DNA of 64,000 nt, from the NCBI GenBank assembly GCA_041650055.1, contig JBAZLV010000004.1:33675-97674 (forward strand). The letters run 5' to 3'. Position numbers and translations under genes: made by a program. Origin of the DNA: Nitrospirota bacterium. Lineage in GTDB: Bacteria; Nitrospirota; UBA9217. Below the pieces are notes generated by a model, which saw nothing but the letters and a program-made list of their open reading frames with translations, was not told the origin of the DNA and searched no databases. This document shows positions 18,169 through 26,342 of this stretch, piece by piece; the stretch's first letter is position 1; the number at the start of each line of letters is the position of its first letter.

Positions 18169-19176
18169 ATGAAAAGAACATTATTTCTATCATTGATTGC
18201 AGTTTTAGCATTCGCAACACCAGTATTCGCCCAGGAAACCGTGAACGGAGCCGGTGCAACATTCCCTGCCCCACTCTATATCGCATGGGCGTATGAGTAT
18301 AATAAAGTGAGCGGAGTAAAACTTAATTATCAATCAGTAGGTTCTGGTGCCGGCCAGCGCCAGATCGTCGAACGGACAATTGATTTCGGCGCTTCCGACG
18401 ATCCTCTTCCTTCAGAGAAACTTGCAAAAGACAACCTGATTCAATTTCCTACTGTTATTGGGGGCATAACCCTTGTCGTGAATATACCCGGTGTTAAATC
18501 AGGCGAGATGAAGCTTGATCCCACGGTGTTAAGCAAAACTTTTCTCGGGGAAATAAAAACATGGGACGATGCACAGATTAAAAAACTAAACCCTGGCCTG
18601 AATCTTCCTTCAACGCCGATCACCGTTGTTCATCGTTCGGATGGATCAGGGACTACGGCTATTTTCACTCACTATCTCGCAGAAGTCTCGCCTGCCTGGA
18701 AAACCAAGGTTGGTGAAGGTAAGTCAGTATCCTGGCCTATTGGAATAGGTGGCAAGGGGAATGAAGGCGTTGCCAATTATGTAAAAATGACCCCCAATTC
18801 AATCGGGTATGTCGAATTTGCTTATGCAAAACAGAACAAACTCGTATATACGAAGCTCAGGAACAAAGCGGGAAATTTTGTAGAACCGAATTTCGAATCA
18901 TTCGAGAATGCGGCAGAAACCGGGAATTTTTACCCCAAAAAAGATTTCCACGTCTGGCTTACGAATTCGCCGGGCAAAACTTCCTGGCCTATTGCAGGTG
19001 CCACTTTTATCCTGCTTGCAAAAGACAAAAAAGATGTCAATCGTAAAGCAGTAAAATTCTTTAACTGGGCATATACAAACGGAGATACTACTGCAAAAAA
19101 TCTCGTGTATATTCCCTTGCCGAAAACATTGAAAGACAAAGTACGAGCATATTGGAAATCAAAAGGCATTCAGTAA
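18169..19176 (+). CDS. pstS: Phosphate ABC transporter substrate-binding protein.
   Basis: Signal peptide, then 'NGAGATFPAPLY...SVGSGAGQRQI...FGASDDPL'. GGAGGAACCAGA-ATG. Confidence 0.9.
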   Translation: MKRTLFLSLIAVLAFATPVFAQETVNGAGATFPAPLYIAWAYEYNKVSGVKLNYQSVGSGAGQRQIVERTIDFGASDDPLPSEKLAKDNLIQFPTVIGGITLVVNIPGVKSGEMKLDPTVLSKTFLGEIKTWDDAQIKKLNPGLNLPSTPITVVHRSDGSGTTAIFTHYLAEVSPAWKTKVGEGKSVSWPIGIGGKGNEGVANYVKMTPNSIGYVEFAYAKQNKLVYTKLRNKAGNFVEPNFESFENAAETGNFYPKKDFHVWLTNSPGKTSWPIAGATFILLAKDKKDVNRKAVKFFNWAYTNGDTTAKNLVYIPLPKTLKDKVRAYWKSKGIQ

Positions 19177-19255
19177 CTCTCAACTCAGCGCCGACTCAAA
19201 CAATGTTGGTTTAAGCCTGTCGTTTAAACAATTTTCGTCATAAGGAGCACTGGTA

Positions 19256-20197
19256 GTGGCGATCATACCGAAAAAAAATCCTCTGGATATGACCTTTTCC
19301 CTGATTACTGCGATCGCATCGCTTTCTGTCATTTTTATTATCATCGGCATCTTCTGGATCCTGATCAAAGAATCGTCGCTTGCCATGAGCAAATTCGGAA
19401 TCATTCAATTCTTGACTTCAACCGCATGGAATCCCGTTCTTGAGATGTTCGGTGCCGCAACGAACATCTACGGAACGTTTGTTACCACGGCGCTGGCTCT
19501 TGTTTTTGCAGTGCCTACGGCTGTAGGAATTGCGATCTTTGTTACGGAAGTTGCGCCGAACTTCTTGAAAGGGCCTATCGGGATTGCCATTGAGCTTCTT
19601 GCAGCCATTCCGAGTATCATTTACGGAATGTGGGGTCTCTTTACCCTTGCTCCGATCATGAGCAAATACATTGAGCCCGCGCTCCAGAACTCGCTCGGGA
19701 AGTTGCCAGTCTTTGAAATTCTATTCCGAGGTACTCCTCTGGGAATCGACATTCTTACCGCAAGTGTTATCTTGAGTATTATGATCATTCCTTTCACGGC
19801 AAGTATCGCACGAGATTCCTTTAACCTCACACCATCCATCGTAAAAGAATCAGCGTATGCCATAGGAGCGACGAAATGGGAGGTGATCAAAAATGTAGTC
19901 CTTCCTTATTCAAAACTCGGGGTATTCGGTGGGGTCGTGTTGTCGCTGGGACGGGCGCTGGGCGAAACCATGGCAGTCGCCTTTGTCTTAGGTAATAGCC
20001 ATAAAATAGCAACCTCGTTCTTCGATGCTGCTGCGACGATTACGGTCACGCTGGCAAATGAATTTACAGAAGCTGATAGTGACATATATCTTTCAGCATT
20101 GTTTTATCTTGCATTGGTTCTGTTTGTGCTGAGTTTTGTTATTTTGGCAATCGCCAAGCTTTTTCTGCTGCGGGCAGAGGAAAAATACTCGAGATGA
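19256..20197 (+). CDS. pstC: Phosphate ABC transporter permease PstC.
   Basis: Six TM segments. EAA-like loop 'ESAYAIGATKWEVIKNVVLP'. Confidence 0.85.
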   Translation: MAIIPKKNPLDMTFSLITAIASLSVIFIIIGIFWILIKESSLAMSKFGIIQFLTSTAWNPVLEMFGAATNIYGTFVTTALALVFAVPTAVGIAIFVTEVAPNFLKGPIGIAIELLAAIPSIIYGMWGLFTLAPIMSKYIEPALQNSLGKLPVFEILFRGTPLGIDILTASVILSIMIIPFTASIARDSFNLTPSIVKESAYAIGATKWEVIKNVVLPYSKLGVFGGVVLSLGRALGETMAVAFVLGNSHKIATSFFDAAATITVTLANEFTEADSDIYLSALFYLALVLFVLSFVILAIAKLFLLRAEEKYSR

Positions 20198-20328
20198 AAC
20201 TATCGTAATGCCAAAATGACAAATCCAAAGTTCAAATCAATGTCAAAAATCAAAGATCAAACGTTTGGCATTTGTTTCATTTGAACTTTATTTGAATTTT
20301 GGATTTTGTAATTTGAAATTGAAGAATT
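20198..20328. repeat. AT-rich imperfect long inverted repeat between pstC and pstA.
   Basis: 'caaaatgacaaatccaaagttcaaat' versus downstream 'atttgaactttatttgaattttggattttg' (about 18 of 20 positions complementary), plus 'aatgccaaa/tttggcatt'. Shares the AAAGTTCAAAT motif with other spacers. Confidence 0.4.
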
Positions 20329-21171
20329 ATGACTATTCAACAAAAACGAAAACTTGAAGGCATTGTCGCCCTCACTCTCAGCTCTTTGGCTGCTACAGCA
20401 GGCTTGTTCTGGCTCGTATTCATACTGGGAGACGTGATCATTCACGGGATCGGAGCACTCAATATAACCCTTTTTCTGAACGATCCTGTCCCTCCCGGCA
20501 TTGAAGGCGGCGGCCTGCGACATGCGTTTCTCGGTCAGCTCATGATAACGTTTTTTGCAACCTTAATCGGTGTCCCGGTCGGCGTACTGGGCGGCACCTT
20601 TCTCGCGGAATACGCTCGTAGAACGAAATTTTCAAGGGTCATAAGCGTCTTATCCGATATCATTGTGAGCGTACCCTCCATTGTCATTGGAACGTTTATT
20701 TATGCGCTGCTCGTTAAACCGTTGGGTCATTTCAGCGGATGGGCAGGCGCCATCGCGCTTTCAATCATTATGATACCGGTTGTGCTCAGGACAACCGAGG
20801 ACATGCTTTCCATGGTGCCATGGACTCTGCGAGAGGCAGCGTTCGCTCTCGGAGCTCCTTACTACAAGGTCATCATGCAAGTCGTATATCGGGGAGCAGC
20901 TACCGGCATATTGACCGGCATTCTCCTCTCGATTGCCCGTGTCGCAGGAGAAACAGCCCCTTTGCTGTTCACCTCATTCAATAATAATTTCTTTTCTCTC
21001 GATATGAATAGACCGATCGCCTCGCTTACGGTCACCATATTCCAATATGCCATGGGCCCGTATGAATCCTGGCATCAACAGGCATGGGCTGCTGCATTCG
21101 TAATCATGCTGTTTATTCTCATCCTTACATTACTGGAAAGGCTTATTTTAAAATGGAGATACAAAAGTTGA
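20329..21171 (+). CDS. pstA: Phosphate ABC transporter permease PstA.
   Basis: TM topology and EAA motif '[28 protein letters not shown]'. Confidence 0.85.
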   Translation: MTIQQKRKLEGIVALTLSSLAATAGLFWLVFILGDVIIHGIGALNITLFLNDPVPPGIEGGGLRHAFLGQLMITFFATLIGVPVGVLGGTFLAEYARRTKFSRVISVLSDIIVSVPSIVIGTFIYALLVKPLGHFSGWAGAIALSIIMIPVVLRTTEDMLSMVPWTLREAAFALGAPYYKVIMQVVYRGAATGILTGILLSIARVAGETAPLLFTSFNNNFFSLDMNRPIASLTVTIFQYAMGPYESWHQQAWAAAFVIMLFILILTLLERLILKWRYKS

Positions 21172-21935
21172 CCTCACATCAGATTGAAATCGAGGTGAAA
21201 AATCTTGATTTTTATTACGGGGGAGATTCCAGAGCACTGCACGACATCTCGCTCCCAATCTACAAGCATAATGTCACTGCCTTGATCGGGCCTTCAGGCT
21301 GCGGGAAAACAACGCTTCTCCGATGTTTCAACCGCATGCATGATCTTTATCCGCATCACCGATATGAGGGTGAAATATTTTTTCAGGGCACCGACATTCT
21401 GGGCAACGGCATTGATCTGATACATCTGAGAAGCCGTATCGGAATGGTTTTTCAGAAGCCCACTCCCTTTCCGATGTCGATAGCGGATAATATTGCCTAT
21501 GGGCTTCGGCTAAAAGGAATCAAGAACAAAAGCGAATTGACCGGCCGTATTGAACAAGCATTGCGAGACTCCGCTCTCTGGAATGAGGTGAGAGATAAAT
21601 TGAATGCAAGCGCGTATGAACTTTCCGGAGGTCAGCAACAGCGGCTCGTGATCGCCCGGGAAATGGCGGTAGAACAGGAGGTTCTTTTGTTCGATGAACC
21701 AACATCGGCTCTTGATCCCCTTTCAACGGCCAAGATCGAGGAGCTTGTCGTAACGCTGAAAAAGAACATCTCAATCATTATCGTGACCCACAATATGCAG
21801 CAGGCTGCACGCGTATCGGATATGACCGGATTCATGTATATGGGCGAACTGATCGAATACGGGACCACTGAAAAAATATTCACGAATCCGGATAAGAAAC
21901 AAACAGACGACTATATCACGGGAAAATTCGGCTAA
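21153..21935 (+). CDS. pstB: Phosphate ABC transporter ATP-binding protein PstB.
   Basis: Walker A 'GPSGCGKTT', signature 'LSGGQQQRL', Walker B '[11 protein letters not shown]'. Start at MEIQKL overlapping the pstA end. Confidence 0.9.
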   Translation: MEIQKLTSHQIEIEVKNLDFYYGGDSRALHDISLPIYKHNVTALIGPSGCGKTTLLRCFNRMHDLYPHHRYEGEIFFQGTDILGNGIDLIHLRSRIGMVFQKPTPFPMSIADNIAYGLRLKGIKNKSELTGRIEQALRDSALWNEVRDKLNASAYELSGGQQQRLVIAREMAVEQEVLLFDEPTSALDPLSTAKIEELVVTLKKNISIIIVTHNMQQAARVSDMTGFMYMGELIEYGTTEKIFTNPDKKQTDDYITGKFG

Positions 21936-21993
21936 TGACATCCAGCTCTGCAAAGCATATTTGTATTCGGTTTTATCACATAAGGAGGATACT

Positions 21994-22668
21994 ATGACCG
22001 CACAAAAAGAAACAGACCTTGCAAAACTCAAGAAGGCTATTTTGAAAATGGGAAGCGCGGTCGAAGATGCGATCGGCAAATCAAACAAGGCTCTCGTGAA
22101 TCGGGACTGCGACCTTGCACGCGCCGTTATCGACGGTGATGTGGTCATCAACACGTTTGATGTGGAGATCGAGGAAGAATGCATCCGGTTCCTTGCTCTC
22201 TGGCAACCGACCGGGAGTGATCTCCGCTTTGTTACAACGGCGATAAAAATTATCACGGATCTCGAACGGATGGGTGATCTTGCGGTTGATATTTGCGAAC
22301 GGGTGGTTGAGCTATGCGAGGAGCCACCGCTCAAACCCTATATTGATCTGCCTCGCATGGCAGAAGCATCTCAAAAGATGCTCAAAGAGAGTCTCGATGC
22401 ATTTCTTGCCAGGGACGCAGACCTTGCCATTCAGGTATGTACGGCTGACGATTTTGTCGACGATCTTACCAGGCAAATTTTTAACGACCTGCTCGTCTAT
22501 ATGCTGGAAGATCCCAAGAATATTTCTCGTGCCGTGAGGCTGAGCTACATCACCAAATATCTTGAACGGGTGGCAGATCATGCCACCAATATCGCTGAAA
22601 TGGTTGTATATATGGTGAAAGGAAAAGTTATCCGGCATATGGCGTGCGAAAATAATCGAAAATCTTGA
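21994..22668 (+). CDS. phoU: Phosphate signalling modulator PhoU.
   Basis: Two PhoU repeats ('DLERMGDLAVDI', 'YLERVADHATNIAE'). AAGGAGG RBS before MTAQKE. Confidence 0.85.
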   Translation: MTAQKETDLAKLKKAILKMGSAVEDAIGKSNKALVNRDCDLARAVIDGDVVINTFDVEIEEECIRFLALWQPTGSDLRFVTTAIKIITDLERMGDLAVDICERVVELCEEPPLKPYIDLPRMAEASQKMLKESLDAFLARDADLAIQVCTADDFVDDLTRQIFNDLLVYMLEDPKNISRAVRLSYITKYLERVADHATNIAEMVVYMVKGKVIRHMACENNRKS

Positions 22669-22804
22669 AAAAACAGAGAAACATTCTGGCCATACAATAC
22701 CATTTTAAAATGAAATCTTCTCAAAATCGCTCATAATTCAGTTGTTTTTTTCATGACTTGCCTTTATAATTAAATCGACTTTAAAAAACGAATTATGGAC
22801 ACGG

Positions 22805-22882
22805 ATGTAACCTGAAAATTCGGGTTTTGTGATGCTGTGGATTATCCGCTCCATCACATAAATATCCGTGTCCATTTTTTTT
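22805..22882 (+). promoter_or_regulatory. Nested stem-loop followed by a T8 run (attenuator/terminator-like leader) directly upstream of the TonB-family gene.
   Basis: Perfect 12-bp arms ATGGACACGGAT ... ATCCGTGTCCAT enclose an inner hairpin TGTGATG...CATCACA, then TTTTTTTT ends 8 nt before the ATG at 22890. No SD sequence is visible. Confidence 0.45.
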
Positions 22883-22889
22883 ATTGCCT

Positions 22890-23675
22890 ATGTTTTCTCG
22901 TTTCGATTCAAGAAAAGTTCTCATCATATCGCTTGTCATTTCCCTCGCGCTTCATATCGTGATGATTGGTGTCATGCTGTTTATTTTGAAAAAAGAGCAG
23001 CCTTCAGACGTACCGCTCTTTACTCCGGTCGATATTGTGAATCTGCCTCGTCAATCACTCCAAAAACTTCCCCCTGTTGCTCCACCGCCACCAGTGATTG
23101 ACCGCATGCCGGACCGATTACCTCCTGATAAAGTTCCTAGCCCGAAAAAATTCGGGACCAGCGATGATGTTCGGCTTCCCAAAGTACTGCCTCGCATGGG
23201 AAAACCAGAGGGATCAGACCAGGGCAAGGATGATGGCCGCAAAGTACCGCAAAAACCTTCAGACGGGCCGCTTCCCTTCCTCACGCAACGGGACATTGAT
23301 GAACTTGCTCGTAAGGGAATGCCGGAAAGAAAACCGGGCGACGATTCCATTACCCTGGACACTGATGAATATAAGTTTATTTCGTATAATCGCTGGCTTA
23401 AAATCAAGGTCGAGAGCGTTCTCAAATATCCCGAACTTGCCGCGGTATCGGGATACCAGGGAACACTGTACATTAAGTTCGATATCTTGAAAAATGGATC
23501 ACTTGGCAATCTGGAATTATTAAAATCATCCGGATATAAAATTCTTGACGATGAAGCATTGCGCGCAATTCGCGATTCAGCACCTTTCCAGCCGCTTCCC
23601 AGTGAATGGAATATGGATCGCTATCCAATACGTGCGGCGGTCATTTTCTATCTTGGCGTGGGGTACGTACGATGA
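22890..23675 (+). CDS. TonB-family energy transducer.
   Basis: N-terminal TM 'VLIISLVISLALHIVMIGVMLFIL', a Pro-rich spacer 'LPPVAPPPPVIDRMPDRLPPDKVPSP', and a C-terminal TonB domain 'YPELAAVSGYQGTLYIKFDILKNG...ALRAI'. Confidence 0.65.
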   Translation: MFSRFDSRKVLIISLVISLALHIVMIGVMLFILKKEQPSDVPLFTPVDIVNLPRQSLQKLPPVAPPPPVIDRMPDRLPPDKVPSPKKFGTSDDVRLPKVLPRMGKPEGSDQGKDDGRKVPQKPSDGPLPFLTQRDIDELARKGMPERKPGDDSITLDTDEYKFISYNRWLKIKVESVLKYPELAAVSGYQGTLYIKFDILKNGSLGNLELLKSSGYKILDDEALRAIRDSAPFQPLPSEWNMDRYPIRAAVIFYLGVGYVR

Positions 23676-24868
23676 TCGATCTTGTTAAAATAGGCTCCGT
23701 CTTTCTGATTATTGTGCTGCTTCTCAGGTTTCGCTGGAACCTGGGGCTCGTGATGTTCATCGGCTCCATTCTCCTGGGTACGCTCTATCTACTTGATCCC
23801 CTCCGTCAGGCAACTGTTATTCTTAAGGCCAGTGTTGATTTAGAAACCTTGAATCTCATAGCAGGGCTGCTGTTCATTATGGTTCTTGAAAATATCATCC
23901 GTAAGCGCGGCGTCCTGAAACGAATGATGGAAGCAGTGGTGAACGTTGCACAAGACCGGCGCATCGCCATGGCAGTGCTTCCTGCGGTGATCGGTCTTCT
24001 GCCGTCTGCCGGCGGTGCAGTCTTCTCCGCTCCCATGGTTCAGGAAGCCGCAGCTACCGTGGCGGTGACTCCTGAACGCAAGGCGTTCATCAACTACTGG
24101 TTCCGGCATATCTGGGAATACGTGTCTCCGCTCTATCCGGGTGCCATTCTTGCTGCTGCAATCATGCAGATATCGCTCTCACAGTTTTTGCTCTTTCAAG
24201 TTCCTTTTTCAATTGCCGTAGTTGCAGTTGGAGCGCTGCTCGGCTTTCGCGGAATTCCAGAGAGTAGCATAGAAGGAAAACGGGATGCACAGGAATTTAA
24301 GGCACTCGCAGCTACCATGATTCCGATTCTTGCATCCGTTATTCTGGTTGTTGTGTTCAAGATACCGCTCGCATTCTCCATGGCAGCAGTCGTTATTGCA
24401 TTGTTGTTCTTTTATCGCTACTCATTCAGAGATATGAAAACAACACTACAGGAAAGCATTTCATGGAATATGACGCTCATGGTAGTTGGTATCATGATTT
24501 TTAAAGGCATGCTCGATGCCACAGGTTCGATAGAAGCGTTACCTCCCTTTTTTAAGGCAAGCGGATTACCTTCTGAAGTTGTCCTCTTTGCGCTCCCCTT
24601 TTTTGCTGGACTTTTGACCGGCCATACGGTTGGTTATGTAGGATCAACATTTCCGATTCTTGTTGCCATGCTTGGAGGACAGGCGGATGTCCCATCCATG
24701 GCATTTGCATTTGCAAGCGGATTTGCCGGGGTCATGCTTTCGCCAACACATCTTTGTTTCGTCCTGACAGTAAAATATTTTAAGGCTGACATGGCAGTCA
24801 TGTACCGTCTTCTCTGGCTCCCGGTATCCCTGGTTTTTCTCGTAGCTCTGATACGGTTATGGGTTTAG
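23672..24868 (+). CDS. Polytopic membrane protein (DUF401-like permease; family call tentative).
   Basis: About 10 predicted TM helices. Start at MIDLVK overlaps the end of the TonB-family gene, indicating translational coupling. Confidence 0.5.
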   Translation: MIDLVKIGSVFLIIVLLLRFRWNLGLVMFIGSILLGTLYLLDPLRQATVILKASVDLETLNLIAGLLFIMVLENIIRKRGVLKRMMEAVVNVAQDRRIAMAVLPAVIGLLPSAGGAVFSAPMVQEAAATVAVTPERKAFINYWFRHIWEYVSPLYPGAILAAAIMQISLSQFLLFQVPFSIAVVAVGALLGFRGIPESSIEGKRDAQEFKALAATMIPILASVILVVVFKIPLAFSMAAVVIALLFFYRYSFRDMKTTLQESISWNMTLMVVGIMIFKGMLDATGSIEALPPFFKASGLPSEVVLFALPFFAGLLTGHTVGYVGSTFPILVAMLGGQADVPSMAFAFASGFAGVMLSPTHLCFVLTVKYFKADMAVMYRLLWLPVSLVFLVALIRLWV

Positions 24869-24903
24869 ATGGCAAACGGTAACCACCGATTAACACTGAT
24901 TAG

Positions 24904-24935
24904 CACAGATAAAAATCTTTATCTGTGAGTATTTT
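24904..24935 (+). terminator. Rho-independent terminator.
   Basis: CACAGATAAA-aatc-TTTATCTGTG followed by agTATTTT. Flanked by a second partial IR (ggtaaccaccg / cgtggttatc). Confidence 0.45.
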
Positions 24936-24981
24936 ACCGTGTTGATCCGTGGTTATCTACTAGGTGTTAGGAGAGCAAATC

Positions 24982-25437
24982 ATGCACATCGAGTTTAAAA
25001 CAGGCGTTCAGAACATGCATTTTGATGCCGTGACGTGGTGGTTAGCAGAAACGTACTGGTCTCCAGGAATTACCAAAGAGGAAGTCATGTATGGTGCTCA
25101 AAATTCGAGCCTCGTTGTTGGCGGATTTGATGAAGCAGGAGAACAGCGGAGCTATATGCGGGTCGTTTCCGACAAAGTGCGATTCGCGTATGTCCTCGAT
25201 GTCATTGTACATCCAGAATATAGAAAGCGCGGTATCGGGAAAGCCATGGTAGCCTTTGCCATGCAGCATCCGGATCTGCAACTGGTGTATCAATGGCTTT
25301 TGCGAACACGGGATGCGCAGAATGTATACACGCGTTTAGGATTTAAAACCATGGAAAATACGTGTAATTGGATGATGATCCGGAATGAACGGCCAGACAG
25401 GCGCATCTTCTCTTTAAGGGAGAATAAAAATGGATAA
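24982..25437 (+). CDS. GNAT-family N-acetyltransferase.
   Basis: 'VIVHPEYRKRGIGKAMVAFAM' acetyl-CoA-binding motif. GGAGAG RBS. Confidence 0.7.
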   Translation: MHIEFKTGVQNMHFDAVTWWLAETYWSPGITKEEVMYGAQNSSLVVGGFDEAGEQRSYMRVVSDKVRFAYVLDVIVHPEYRKRGIGKAMVAFAMQHPDLQLVYQWLLRTRDAQNVYTRLGFKTMENTCNWMMIRNERPDRRIFSLRENKNG

Positions 25438-26065
25438 TCAGCAAAGCATCAACAGAGTTTTTTGCATCGGTCTTAATTATCGTGAACATATCAGCGAATT
25501 GTCATTTACCATGCCTACGACCCCTGTTATTTTTATGAAACCTGCATCGTGTGTCATTGGTCCCGGGGAAGACATTCATTTCCCTGCTCATGGCAAAGAT
25601 TTTCAGCATGAAGTGGAACTCGTCGTTAAAGTTGGCAAAAAAGGAAAACCGCAGACACCACACGAAGCCCACGCAATGATCGATTCCCTTACAATCGGGC
25701 TTGATCTCACCCTGCGCGATCTTCAAAATGATCTCCGGAAACAAGGCATGCCATGGGAAATTTCAAAAGCATTTGAACAGAGCGCACCAATCGGGACATT
25801 CATTCCTTACACATCTTCCCTGAATCTTCAGAATATTCCATTCAGGTGTACGGTCAATGGAAAAGAACGACAAAAAGGAAATACACAAAGCATGTTGTTT
25901 GGCATAGATGACCTGCTTGTGCAGATTAGCACCATCTGGACGCTTCTGCCGGGTGATATCGTTTTCACGGGAACTCCCCCGGGGGTTGGGCCGCTTGCGA
26001 TTGGAGATGTGGTCGAGATCGAAAGTGATCTGATTGGAAAATTTTCCTGGAAGATTGTGGAGTAG
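25430..26065 (+). CDS. Fumarylacetoacetate-hydrolase (FAH) family protein.
   Basis: 'VFCIGLNYREHISE...HEVELVVKVGKKG...PGDIVFTGTPPGVG' FAH-fold signature. Confidence 0.75.
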   Translation: MDNQQSINRVFCIGLNYREHISELSFTMPTTPVIFMKPASCVIGPGEDIHFPAHGKDFQHEVELVVKVGKKGKPQTPHEAHAMIDSLTIGLDLTLRDLQNDLRKQGMPWEISKAFEQSAPIGTFIPYTSSLNLQNIPFRCTVNGKERQKGNTQSMLFGIDDLLVQISTIWTLLPGDIVFTGTPPGVGPLAIGDVVEIESDLIGKFSWKIVE

Positions 26066-26068
26066 AGT

Positions 26069-26314
26069 TCAGAGTTCAGAGTTTAATTGGGTTTGCTCTA
26101 ACGCAGTGAGGACGTGCTTTATTTTTTCTCGAGCCAAGCGTTTTTGCTCGGGAAGATGCTTGTATTCTTCAAGCATCTTTCGTGATTCAAGAAGCTCCTG
26201 CTCTAGATCATGAACACGTATTGAGAGTTCCTTGTTTTGAGTCACCAGTGATCTGACTCTTTTTTCAATTTCTCCAAATCGTGCTTCTAGATCGTGTACA
26301 TGGATTTTTTTCAT
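26069..26314 (-). CDS. 81-aa coiled-coil protein (possibly ZapB-like).
   Basis: Heptad-rich sequence 'LEARFGEIEKRVRSLVTQNKELSIRVHDLEQELLESRKMLEE'. The size matches ZapB, but sequence identity could not be verified. Confidence 0.35.
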   Translation of the reverse strand: MKKIHVHDLEARFGEIEKRVRSLVTQNKELSIRVHDLEQELLESRKMLEEYKHLPEQKRLAREKIKHVLTALEQTQLNSEL

Positions 26315-26342
26315 GGTATATTCCTATTAATGAAGCGATCAT

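Noticed and set aside
26066-26100. Short tandem 'gagttcagagttcagagtt' between convergent genes.
   Set aside because: Only about 2.5 copies of a 7-mer, too short to call a repeat element. It is probably part of the 3' UTR overlap.
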